Source: Macrostomum lignano
Lineage: Eukaryota
Assembly: GCA_002269645.1 (NCBI GenBank)
Contig: NIVC01002850.1
Coordinates: 71,559 to 135,558, forward strand
Length of the DNA stretch: 64,000 nt
Direction: 5' to 3'
The notes beneath the pieces are model-generated. The model did no database searches and had not been told where the DNA came from. It worked only from the letters and a program-made list of their open reading frames with translations. Positions 1 to 12,200 of the stretch are shown here, one piece after another (position 1 is the stretch's first letter; the number at the start of each line of letters is the position of its first letter). A program made the position numbers and the translations under genes.

Positions 1-126
1 ATAAATCATATTAGGATAGCATAAATCATAGCCAGGGTCTCAAAAAATCATAACTACACTGTAGGGTGCAAAAAAGCATAACTAGGATGTCATAAATTAT
101 AACTAGGGTCTCATAAACCAGATTAC

Positions 127-3100
127 CTCTTTGCTGTCTAATTCGCTGCACAGCCGCAGGATCAACGGCACCGCCAAAAACGCTGACTCCACCAAATGGC
201 CTGTTGCTAGGCGGCTGTTGAGCAGAAGCCTGAGCAGCAGGAGCAGCAGCAGTATCTTCCGATTCCGTACTGCTAACAAACTTTTTCTTATCAGCTTCGG
301 AAGATTTTCGAACCGGCGCAAACAGGCCGCCGGCGCCGCCGACGTCAGAGTCGTCGCTGCTGCCGAAGCCGCCACCGGCGCCAAAAAGACTGGTTGCCTT
401 AGGCGCCGCTGTTGAGCTAGAGGCGGCAGCGGCAGAGGCGGCTGCCTCTGACGGCCGACTGTCGGGCTCGTCAACGAGAAGACTGCGGCCTCGCTCCTGC
501 TTTGCGTCGGGCTGCAATTCGGGCAACGTGACATGTTGAAAGACATGAAGGGCTGGGTTGAACACTGAATTAGCTCCGACACTTCATATCTCCGACACTT
601 CATATCTCCGACAATTCATATCTCCGACACTTCATATCTCCGACACTTCATATCTCCAACACTTCATATCTCCGACACTTCACACCGCCGACACTTGATA
701 TTTCCGTTAGAGTATAAAGTGTCGGAGATATTAACCCCCCCCCCCCTGAACAACACATCCTGGAGTGTAAATAACGCACCAATTTAGGCTTAACGGCAAA
801 CAAATCGTCATCGTCATCGTCATCATCGCTATCAAAGAGGCCCTTCTTCTGTGGCTGACTTCTAGTTGCTATTGCTGCTGCTGCTGTTGCAGACGCCGCA
901 GCGGCTGGTGGGTTTCTAGCCGCTTCCGGCTTCGCTGATTCGCTGTTGCTGCCTGGAAAAACGAAAATGAATATTTAGAAAAATAAATTTAAAAAGCGAA
1001 TCACACCTGCAGTATACTACTGAAAGCGACCAAGATTATTTTTGTATAATTAAAGAGAAAAAGGCTGAATCAAATTTAATTAGCGTGCAATCGCATTTTT
1101 CTCACTATTAGTCGACCGCTCTTTGATCTTTGCCGCCGTAGTCGCGGCCGGAGGCGCCTTTGATCTTGCCGCCGCACCCGAAGCCGCAGTTTTACTAGCG
1201 GCCGAGGTAATTTTAAACAAATCATCGCCCTCATCTGAAGAGTCCGAGTCTGCGATTAAAAAAATTCAAAAAATCACTGAACCGCGAGCCATGCAAATTA
1301 GCTTATACAAATTTTATGAAATTGGATAAAAAGTTTACGATTGAAAATCATGACAGCTACTAGCAGTAGTAGACTTTTGATTTTTACGCAATTTACTCAT
1401 TTTTTAAAAAATCGTGACAAATCATAACAAAAATGCGTAAATTATGATTTCTTACCATCTAGCAAAACTTATAAAATCTTACCCACACACCCAAAATCTC
1501 ACCTTAAGTGAATAAAGACACCCAAAATCTCACCTTAAGTGAACAAGGACACCCAAAATCTCACCCTAAAGTGGACAAGGACACCCAAAATTTTACCCTA
1601 AAGTGGAAAAGGACACCCAAAATCACACCCTAAAGTGAACAAGGACACCCAAAATCACACCCTAAAGTGGACAAGGACACCCAAAATCACACCCTAAAGT
1701 GGACAAGGACACCCAAAATCACACCGTAAAGTGGACAAGGATACCCAAAATCACACCCTAAAGTGGACAAGGACACCCAAAATCACACCCTAAAGTGGAC
1801 AAGGACACCCAAAATCACACCCTAAAGTGGACAAGGACACCCAAAATCTCACCCTAAAGTGGACAAGGACACCCAAAATCACACCCTAAAGTGGACAAGG
1901 ACACCCAAAATCTCACCTAAAGTGGACAAGGACACCCAAAATCACACCCTAAAGTGGACAAGGACACCCAAAATCACACCCTAAAGTGGACAAGGACACC
2001 CAAAATCACACCCTAAAGTGGACAAGGACACCCAAAATCTCACCCTAAAGTGGACAAGGACACCCAAAATCACACCCTAAAGTGGACAAGGACACCCAAA
2101 ATCTCACCTAAAGTGGACAAGGACACCCAAAATCACACCCTAAAGTGGACAAGGACACCCAAAATCACACCGTAAAGTGGACAAGGACACCCAAAATCTC
2201 ACCTAAAGTGGACAAGGACACCCAAAATCACACCCTAAAGTGGACAAGGACACCCAAAATCACACCGTAAAGTGGACAAGGACACCCAAAATCACACCCT
2301 AAAGTGGACAAGGACACCCAAAATCTCACCTAAAGTGGACAAGGACACCCAAAATCTCACCTAAAGTGGACAAGGACACCCAAAATCTCACCCTAAAGTG
2401 GACAAGGACACCCAAAATCTCACCCTAAAATGGACAGACCCCAGAAATCTATAAAACTGCCATAAAAATCTGCCATATATCGGTGCACAAGCCATAATAA
2501 TTACCAAACAATCTAGCTGGTTTCAAGCCGCCTCGGCTGTTATTAGCGGTGCTGGCATTGCTAGGACTTCTGCTGCTTGACTCTGTCGTCATACGAGCCG
2601 CAGCCGATGCTGAAGCACCATCTGGCACCAATCTCTGACTATTAGAAACTGGCACCACTGCAAATTAATGATTTCAGTTAGCTGTTTACTCTCGTAGTTA
2701 ATGATTGAATCAATTAGAAGAAAATCAATGACTGCAATCGAATTATTTAGCGTCGCGCAATAAAATCAACGTTGAGACAAAAAAAAAACTGGTTTAACGC
2801 ACCTGGCTTAGCCACAGCTTTCTGTTGCGTTGCAGACTACAACAGTAAGGTAATTAAGCTTGGCAATTAAGTTAAATAAATTAAATCGCTCTCAAAACCA
2901 GCCACTGACACCAACCTCTGCAATCTCTTACCCTCAACCCCCACAGCCCCGACACCAACCCCTCCACTCTCTTACCATCAACCCCCACAGCCCGACTCCC
3001 ACCCCTCCACTCTCTTACCCTCAACCCCCACAGCCCTAACACCAACCCCTCCACTCTCTTACCCTCAACCCCCACAGCCCTAACACCAACCCCTCCACTC

Positions 3101-6100
3101 TCTTACCCTCAACACCCACAGCCCCGACACCCACCCCTCCACTCTCTTACCCTCAACCCCCACAGCCTTAACACCCACCCCTCCACTCTCTTACCCTCAA
3201 CCCCCACAGCCTTAACACCCACCCCTCCACTCTCTTACCCTCAACACCCACAGCCCCGACACCCACCCCTCCACTCTCTTACCCTCAACCCCCACAGCCT
3301 TAACACCAACCCCTCCACTCTCTTACCCTCAACACCCACAGCCCCGACACCCACCCATCCACTCTCTTACCCTCAACCCCCACAGCCCCGACACCAACCC
3401 CTCCACTCTCTTACCCTCAACCCCCACAGCCCCGACACCCACCCCTCCACTCTCTTATTCTTATCACCCCAGACTTAAAATCCAACTCACCGCAGCAGGC
3501 CTCGCCGGTTCCCGACTCTTTGGAGCAAAAATATCATCTTCACTTTCGTCATCGTCGTCGTCCCACAGAGACGCTTTGTGACCTGAAGTACACAATGTAC
3601 TTTTAACTACAGTGTACGAAACATACAGAATAAAATTACCATTAAGTTAACCTGCTTTTTCGACTGTATAAACAGCGATCTTAGCACCACACATATCAAG
3701 TTTCGGTTACAGTAGCGAACACCTTTTTGTGTGAGTAAATTATTAACTACAGATTCTTTGCATTTTCTGGCTAGTTAATAGGCAGGGGTTGTGTGCACCC
3801 TGGCGCACTTTAAGCGACATTGTCGCACAACCGGCGAGAGGCATTGCTGCCCATTCCGCCGATTCCCCTGAGCAGGCACGCAAGCGCGCGGATACGTACG
3901 CAGTCATACGCACAGGCACACACTCACACAGGAGTGTACAGCGGCCCTGAATTTATTTATCGTTAGGCATGTACACTTCACTGTGCCTTGGGGTTGGCCC
4001 TCAAGCTGGGCGTTAATTGCACGAGCAGAGTCAAGACGAGATTCCCATTTAGCCCCAAATTAATGTGACTGCACTTGGAATCGAGCCTGGGCCGCTGGCA
4101 CATCAGAGCGCTGCGCTAGACCACTGGTGATTATTAAAGTGCATTGCGCGATTCTAAAATTGCATTTTGTTATTCTTAAAGTGTATTGCGCGATTCTTGA
4201 AGTACATTGTGAGTTTCTTAAAGTGCATTGCGCAATTCTAAAAGTGCATTTTGTTATTCTCAAAGTGCATTGTGCGATTCTTGAAGTACATTGTGAGTTT
4301 CTTAAAGTGCATTGCGCGATTCTAAAAGTGCATTTTGTTATTCTTAAAGTGCATTGTACGATTCTTGAAGTGCATTGCGCGATTCTAAAAGTGCATTTTG
4401 TTATTCTCAAAGTGCATTGTGCGATTCTTGAAGTACATCGTGAGATTCTTAAAATGCATTGCGCGATTCTTAAAGTACAAGCAGCGAATCTCACCTCCAG
4501 GCGCGATGGATCCTTGCAGCAGCTTCTGCACTGAATCCTCCGCAGCCGCAGCCGCCGCCCCCGATGCCCCAGCAGCGGCAGAAGCGGCAGGAGCCTCAGA
4601 CGAAGCGGATTTTGTTGCACTTTTCGGCGGCAATTTGCCGCTTAACCGAGCTTTCAACTCGTCAGTAACCGACATTGGTCGGTCGCTGCGACGTTCAGAG
4701 TCGTCTTCTTCTTCTTCCTCATCTTCGTCTTCCTTTTTAACTTCTTCTGCTGCCGCCCCTGCTGCTGCTGCTGCAGCTCCTCGTCGATTTGGAACAAACA
4801 AATCGTCATCTTCATCATCTTCTTCGCTATCATCGTCGCCAAAGAGGCGACGCTGTTGTTGTCGTTGCTTTTGCTGCTGCTGTTGATTTTGTTGCTGCTG
4901 CTGTTGCAGAGTCTGCTTCTGCTTAGGCTTCTTATTATCCCGTCGTAAACTGGTAAGTCTGTCCTCAGACTCTTGAAGATCATCTTCGTCGCTGTCGGAT
5001 TGCTGGTGATTTGCTGCTGCGGCTCTGCGATCTTCTTCTGCTGCTTCATTATCTTCTTCTTCCTCGTCATCTTCTTCATCTGTCTCAGCTGCCTCAGCGG
5101 CGGCTCCTGACTGACCCGCGGCTGCTGCTCCACCGGTTGCGACGGCGGACCCCGAGTCCAACTGAGGTGAACAAGGAGTGCGCATCATGTTGAAACTACC
5201 GGTGTCAGACAGGTGAAACTACCGGTGTCTGACTGGTGAAACTAACGGTGTCTGACTGGTGAAACTAACGGTGTCTGACTGGTGAAACTAACGGTGTCTG
5301 ACTGGTGAAACTACCGGTGTCTGACTGGTGAAACTACCGGTGTCAGACAGGTGAAACTACCCGTGTCAGACAGTGAAACTACCAGTGTCAGACTGGTGAA
5401 ACTACCGGTTTCTGACTGGTGAAACTACCCGTGTCAGACAGGTAAAACTACCGGTGTCAGACAGGTGAAACTACCGGTGTCTGACAGGTGAAACTACCCG
5501 TGTCAGACAGGTGAAACTACCCGTGTCAGACAGGTGAAACTACCGGTGTCAGACAGGTGAAACTACCCGTGTCAGACAGGTGAAACTACCGGTGTCAGAC
5601 AGGTGAAACTACCGGTGTCAGACAGGTGAAACTACCGGTGTCAGACAGGTGAACTACCCGTGTCAGTTAAGTGAAACTACTGGTGTCAGACAGGTGAAAC
5701 TACCGGTGTCAGACAGGTGAAACTACCGGTTTCTGACTGGTGAATCTACTGGTGTCAGACAGGTGAAACTACCCGTGTCAGACAGGTGAAACTACCGGTT
5801 TCTGACTGGTGAAACTACTGGTGTCAGACAGGTGAAACTACCCGTGTCAGACAGGTGAAACTACCCGTGTCAGACAGGTGAAACTACCCGTGTCAGACAG
5901 GTGAAACTACCCGTGTCAGACAGGTGAAACTACCCGTGTCATACAGGTAAAATTACCATTGTAATACAGGCAAAACTAAAATTTAAATACTATTGATTTT
6001 GAAACTTCCGATTGACAGTTCCTAAAAAACATTCCAGCATTATCGATTCCCCACCTGCAGTTGCGAAGCCAGTCCAACCCAATCATCTGCCAACCAGGAT

Positions 6101-9100
6101 GAAGAGCCAACCAAATAAGGCAGCCGCCTGTGCTTGTAGATGTCTCTGGCCTGATAAACCGGTTCCAGCATTGCCGCCGCCGCCGCGCGATTCCCCACAG
6201 CGCTTTGATCCTCTTCATCATCTTCATCTTCGCTGTCGCTAACGTCAGCCAGCTCTACTCGGTCGTACTTTGTCTCCAAAATTGACAGGCCGAGCTTCAT
6301 AGCCTCCTGTATCCATGGCACTCGTTCAGCTTCAAGTTGTTCGCGCGATTTTGGCTTGCCCTCCGAAGCGGCTGCGGAGGCTGAAGCGGACGAACCTTTG
6401 GCATTTTCAGCGACATTGGAGGTTGCTCCGGTTGTTGCTAAGTCTTCGTCGTAGACTCGCTGCGGTTAGAAGAGATAAGAGTAGGTGATTGCTTCCGGTT
6501 GCTAGGGATTTTTTTATCAATATCTACTTCCGGTTGCTAAGGAACAGAAATAGTGTCTACTTCCGGTTGCTGAGGAACAGGAATAGTAGCTACTTTGGTT
6601 GCTAAGGAACAGGAATATTATAAAATTCCGGTTGCTAAGAGACAGGAATAGCAACTACTTCCGGTTGCTGAGGAACAGGAATAGTATCTACTTCCGGTTG
6701 CTAAAGAACAATAGTATCTACTTCCGGTTGCTGAGGAACAGGAATAGTATCTACTTCCGGTTACTAAAGAACAAGAATAGTATCTACTTCCGGTTGCTGA
6801 GGAACAGGAATAGTAGCTACTTTGGTTGCTAAGGAACAGGAATATTATAAAATTCCGGTTGCTAAGGAACAGGAATAGCAACTACTTCCGGTTGCTGAGG
6901 AACAGGAATAGTATCTACTTCCGGTTGCTAAAGAACAATAGTATCTACTTCCGGTTGCTGAGGAACAGGAATAGTATCTACTTCCGGTTGCTAAAGAACA
7001 AGAATAGTATCTACTTCCGGTTGCTGAGGAACAGGAATAGTAGCTACTTTGGTTGCTAAGGAACAGGAATATTATAAAATTCCGGTTGCTAAGGAACAGG
7101 AATAGCAACTACTTCCGGTTGCTGAGGAACAGGAATAGTATCTACTTCCGGTTGCTAAAGAACAAGAATAGTATCTACTTCCGGTTGCTGAGGAACAGGA
7201 ATAGTATCTACTTCCGGTTACTAAAGAACAAGAATAGTATCTACTTCCGGTTGCTGAGGAACAGGAATAGTAGCTACTTTGGTTGCTAAGGAACAGGAAT
7301 ATTATAAAATTCCGGTTGCTAAGAAACAGGAATAGCAACTACTTCCGGTTGCTGAGGAACAGGAATAGTATCTACTTCCGGTTGCTAAAGAACAAGAATA
7401 GTAATCTACTTCCGGTTGCTGAGGAACAGGAATAGTATCTACTTCTGGTTGCTAAAGAACAAGAATAGTATCTACTTCCGGTTGCTGAGGAACAGGAATA
7501 GTAGCTACTTTGGTTGCTAAGGAACAGGAATATTATAAAATTCCGGTTGCTAAGAAACAGGAATAGCAACTACTTCCGGTTGCTGAGGAACAGGAATAGT
7601 ATCTACTTCCGGTTGCTAAAGAACAAGAATAGTAATCTACTTCCGGTTGCTAAGGAACAGTAATATTATCTACTTCTGGTTGCAAAGGAACAAGAACACG
7701 AATAATATCTACTTCTAGCTGCAAAGAAACAGGAATAGTATCAACTTCCGGTTGCTAAGGAACAAGAACAGGAATAGTATCTACTCTACTTCTGGTTGCT
7801 AAGGAACTCCTATCTACTTTTGGTTGCTAGGGAACATAGATATTATCTACTTCTAGTTGCTAAAAAACAGGAATAGTATCTACATCTGGTTGCTAAGGAA
7901 CTAGTGTCTACTTTTGGTTGCTAGGGAACACAGATAATATCTAATTCCGGTTGCTAAGGTACAGGGAAAAATCTGCTTTAGGTTGCAGGAGAAATTCTAT
8001 TCCTTATTATATCGCTGGCAATTCTGTGAATCCGCATCTGTTTCTGTCTTATGGCGATCTCTATTTTGTGCTCAGTTGTTGTAAAATTGAAAAAAAATTG
8101 AATGATGTCACTCACATTTTCAACGAAACGTGTATCAGCCAAAGCGTTGAAATCGTTAAAAGTGTTATGCAGCAGAGTGCGAGAAGATCGGATCTCCTGC
8201 ACACTGTCCTGTAGAGTCTTTTGAAACTCCGAAGTCTTGGCTAGAAGATTGCGATTGCTCTCTTCGAGGTAGAGTAGCAACTGTAGTGTTAGAGGTGAAA
8301 TTGTGGAAATATGGAGAAATATATGTAAAAAATAGTTCATAATTTCAATTCAAATATTTGTACATAGTTTGTTGTGTTGTGGGAATCTGTAATACATATC
8401 AGCAGTATTATCTCCTTACAGGTAGGGATAAGGATAAGGAATAAAGTTAAGCAGATGAGGGAGGGCAAGAAGGTAAGCGGGCAAGAGGGGAAAGAGGGGA
8501 AGAGAGGAAAGTGGGGAAGAGGGGAAAGAGGAGAAAGAGGGGAGAGGGGAAAGAGGGCAAAGAGGGGGAGAGGGGGAAGAGGGGAAAGAGGAGAAAGAGG
8601 AGAAAGATGGAAGAGGGGAAGAGGGGGAAAGAGGGGGAAGAGGGGAATGAGTAAAGAGGAGAAAGAGAGGAGAGGGGGAAGAGAGGAAAGGGGAAGAGGG
8701 GAAAGAGGAGAAAGAGGGGAGAGGGGAGAGGGGAGAGGGAAGAGGGGAAAGAGGGGAAAGAGGAGAAAGAGGGGAGAGGGGAGAGGGGGAAGAGGGGAAT
8801 GAGTAAAAAGAGGAGAAAGAGGGGAGAGGGGAAGAGGGGAAAGAGGGAAAGAGGGGAATGAGTAAAAAGAGGAGAAAGAGGGAGAGGGGAAGAGGGGAAA
8901 GAGGGGAAGAGGGGAATGAGTAAAAAGAGGAGAAAGAGGGGAGAGGGGAAAGAGGGGAAAGGGGAAGAGGAAAAGCAGCCTGTAGTTTGCAGACAAGACA
9001 AAAAGAATAAACAGCGATACTTTGATGTAAACAAACGCTAAAAACTCTACAACTCAAAACCCGTGGATGCACACACCGCAAGTTAATAAAGAATCAGTTA

Positions 9101-9233
9101 GTCAGCTCACCCCAGCATCTCCAGCTAGCGACCATTCGTGCGCCCGCTCACGAATTTCATCAAGCGTCCATGGCCGCTCCCACAGTTTTGGCTGAGCAAC
9201 TGGTTGATCTGCTTGATTGCTAGACGAATCCAG
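127..9233 (-). CDS. WASHC2: WASH complex subunit 2 (FAM21), multi-exon, 3' end beyond left edge
   Basis: Hand-spliced GT-AG exons with consistent phases: ~9111-9233, 8116-8280, 6055-6459, 4495-5161, 3491-3582, 2803-2836, 2505-2657, 1106-1249, 780-952, 127-511. Translation gives FAM21 hallmark segments: WERPWTLDEIRERAHEWSLAGDAG, LHNTFNDFNALADTRFVEN-RVYDE, LPYLVGS..DDWVGL and RPMSVTDELKARLSG. It also has LF-acidic-LF (LFa) repeats such as LFDSDDDDDDDDLF and LFGDDDSEEDDEDDDLF. The start codon is unresolved. Confidence 0.93.
574..690. repeat. 16-bp minisatellite (ctccgacacttcatat), ~7 copies, WASHC2 intron
   Basis: Direct reading of tandem units. Confidence 0.9.
1485..2435. repeat. 32-bp minisatellite (ggacacccaaaatcacaccctaaagtggacaa), ~30 copies, WASHC2 intron
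   Basis: Unit spacing of 32 read at 1680/1712; minor 1-bp length variants. Confidence 0.95.
2905..3460. repeat. 44-bp C-rich minisatellite, ~12 copies, WASHC2 intron
   Basis: Unit ccccacagccccgacaccaacccctccactctcttaccctcaa; spacing of 44 read at 2941/2985. Confidence 0.92.
3805..3875 (-). mobile_element. Short remnant of a LOA-type LINE 3' UTR
   Basis: Aligns by eye to the 3' UTR of the LINE fragment at 30690-30790 (gc.acattgtc.cacaaccggcg ... gcccattccgc). Confidence 0.6.
4125..4475. repeat. 21-bp minisatellite (ttaaagtgcattgcgcgattc variants), WASHC2 intron
   Basis: 7-aa periodic ORFs (LKVHCAI) in the ORF track; units read directly. Confidence 0.9.
5190..5955. repeat. 23-bp minisatellite (ggtgaaactaccggtgtcagaca), ~33 copies, WASHC2 intron
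   Basis: Direct reading of tandem units. Confidence 0.95.
6490..7950. repeat. ~33-bp satellite (ctacttccggttgctaaggaacaggaatagtat) with a ~227-231-bp higher-order repeat
   Basis: Near-identical ORF blocks start at 6599, 6826 and 7053 (period 227); the diagnostic variant recurs at 7283 and 7514. Confidence 0.92.
8430..8975. repeat. Polypurine (GA/GGGG-rich) low-complexity tract, WASHC2 intron
   Basis: Almost exclusively G/A on the + strand, with many GGGG runs. Confidence 0.95.
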
Positions 9234-12200
9234 CGTGTTGCATGAAATATCAACATATTAACATGACCAACTGACCAAACCAATTAGCACATTCTAACCT
9301 CCTAAACTTTACCTTGCTAGTGCAGAATAGTTTTCTACAAAAAATGCAACATACTTGTATTTATTTCCCTAAGTTTTCCCTAAAACTTTTTATTTTTTTT
9401 CCACTTTTCCATGTTTTTTTAATTTTATCATAACAAATTTTTCTTGGAATAAAAAATCTACTGATCAAAATTTTATGCCAGTATATACCAAGCCTATTAT
9501 GACTTCTTATAGCCAATATGATGCCAATAAAAATATTATGTTAACTATACAGTATATGCAACCCTTGAATTTGAAAACCAAATTTACAATGGAATCTTTT
9601 TTTAAATATTCTATATGATCTTCAATTTGTATACTTGCTTAGCTGATGAATTTTAAAACATCTGTGTCTTGTCTACTATTTTACCTAGCTAAAATAGTTA
9701 CATATTATACATATGTATATATATAAGAATTGATATTTGCTATCACTAGGATCACTGCCTTATTGATTATAATATTGGCATATTTAATTATTTTTCAATT
9801 TTAAATATAAGTTAAATAACTTCAACTATATAAGATAAATAGATAGGCCTAGTGTTTATGATAATGCTTTCATAGATTGAGTCATTATATTCAATTCTTG
9901 CACAATCAGATCAAAATTGCATCAGTCAACTAAGCTTCCCAACAGATAGATTTCTCTAGGATAGATCATATTTATAGGATAGTTGGCCTCCTAGCTATTT
10001 AAACCTGATAAGTATCAATTAAATATAAGAATTCTACATATGAAACAAACAACAAAAGATGAACCCTGCAGATTCCTATTATAATTAGACTATTTGAAAG
10101 ACTATAGATAGACATTTATCAATAGAAATTTTGGTATAGACATTTGTCCATAGACCAAGATATAATTTGTATATAAAAAATTTTGGACAAATTTTGTGGG
10201 TGCTGACAAAAACTTGGATACTTGCATAAGCATTTTTAATAAACTTATAAAACTTTAAAGGAAGTGCTGATCCCCATGTTCCCATGCTGATAATTCCAAT
10301 TTTATTCACACAGATTCATGTCAATAATTTTCAGCTTATCTCCACGGCAGCTTATTGGAATAAAGAACCTTATTATTCTAAACAAATTTTTATTCTAAAC
10401 AAAGTTGCTTGCAGAAACTGTCATTTTTTATTATTTTACAAATCTTCCAAATAAACAGCTGAATACTGAATAGTTTTGAGTACTTTGTTAAAACTATTGA
10501 GTTGTAAAAAGGGTTAATTTTAAATATTTGCTTAGCTGCTGGCTTTGCTTAGAATGACCAAACCCTTGAAGATTGTCAATACTGATGCACCAATATTAGT
10601 ACTCAAAAACTAAACACAAAAAACTATACAATCTTAGCTGTGACTCCTATGAGGATAAGCTGAAAATTATTAACACAGATCTGTGTGAATAGAATTGGGA
10701 TTATTGACATGACTTGATTGATAGTAGCTATTTCAATAAGCTGCTATGGAGATGAGCTGAAAATTATTGACATGGATCCTGGATCCATGTGAATAAAATT
10801 GGAATTATTGGCACTGGACCATACATGCGCAACAGTCGGCCGAGTCGGCTGATCCAGCCAACCGATTTGGTGGCCAACCAAGGAATTTGAAAAAATGCCC
10901 ACCCGAAAAATAACAAAGCAGTAGTACTAAGTAGCTGACGAGGCATTTTGGCTAAATAAGACAGTCATAGTTACTCTTGCTGTTTACCTAAAGTTGCATT
11001 AATTTTGCTTTAGGGTTTTTTTACATGTAAGTTGCATTTTTGGCCAAAAACTATGTCGCATTTTTGTTAAAACTAAGTTGCATGGCCGACCGAATTTTGG
11101 AGGTTGCGCATGTATGCACTGGACTGTGGGGATAAGCATTTCCAACTTAATAAGATTATATACAATTTGTTCTTTCCTGATTATCAAATAATTTGACTAG
11201 GCCTAGGCCTAGATTTGCCAAATTTTTCCTTGATGAACCTTTACACCTAGACCCTATTGCCAAAAGATAGGCCTAATAAATATAACCATGTCCACTATAC
11301 TATAGGCCTATCTATAATCTATGTAATGTATAGTCATAGATGTATAGTCTTCCTTCTATTTAAAAGTGAAGATTTAGACTCCCTTTGAAAAAGAATATCC
11401 TACTAGTACAGTTATCAACATAAAATAGGCCTATAAAGGCATAGGCCTAGTCCTAATAGCCATAGCTATCATCAGTTAGGCCCTAGGGCCTATCACTAAA
11501 AACACTTCAGTAATATTTGAGCAATTGAGCTATAGGCATAGAACTATGGCCTATTACTTGTAAAATTGTAAATAAACAGCTTGCCATATTTATTAACAGG
11601 GTAGGCCTACAAAAATACAATGTGTTTTAAGTTAAGCTTTTTATTCAAAAATTATAAATCAACAAATGATTGAATGAGGAACTTAGTTTGTTTTAGGACT
11701 AGGAGTTAGAAAAAAATAAAATTATAGACAGTTCATGTACTATTTAGGACCCAAGGTCAATCGATGGGGCCTAGGATAAGAAAGGCCTACTTCAAAGGAT
11801 GAGAATGAAATTACCAGGCCTAGTATTTTGTAGGTATATGTATGTGTACGTGTACAGGGTACTGCGTACTGCTACTGGTACGAGTACGAGCAAGGAAAAA
11901 ATTGAATGAGGCAGAGAGAGGCGGTGGTTCACTTTCGGATGTTTGAAAGACACGATGGCATAAATTTTCACAAAGCAGTATTACTCCCAAAACTTTCAGC
12001 TTTGCGTGGGATTATACCATAGTGGGGTGGCCAGTGGGCAGTGGAATATTATTATATTTTTATTAACTGGATAAAATTTCATTCTTAGAAATCAATCTTG
12101 ACTGAAATGGTGGCATTTTTATAGCCTTGAAAAACAAAATAGGCCTACCCACATACCCATTCAACACAAATGCGCTAAATTTATTCAATAAAGTTTTATT

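Noticed and set aside
8337-9081. Pro/Leu/Ser- and Arg/Gly-rich ORFs (also 20311-21456 and 31954-32313)
   Set aside because: Low-complexity purine/pyrimidine tracts.
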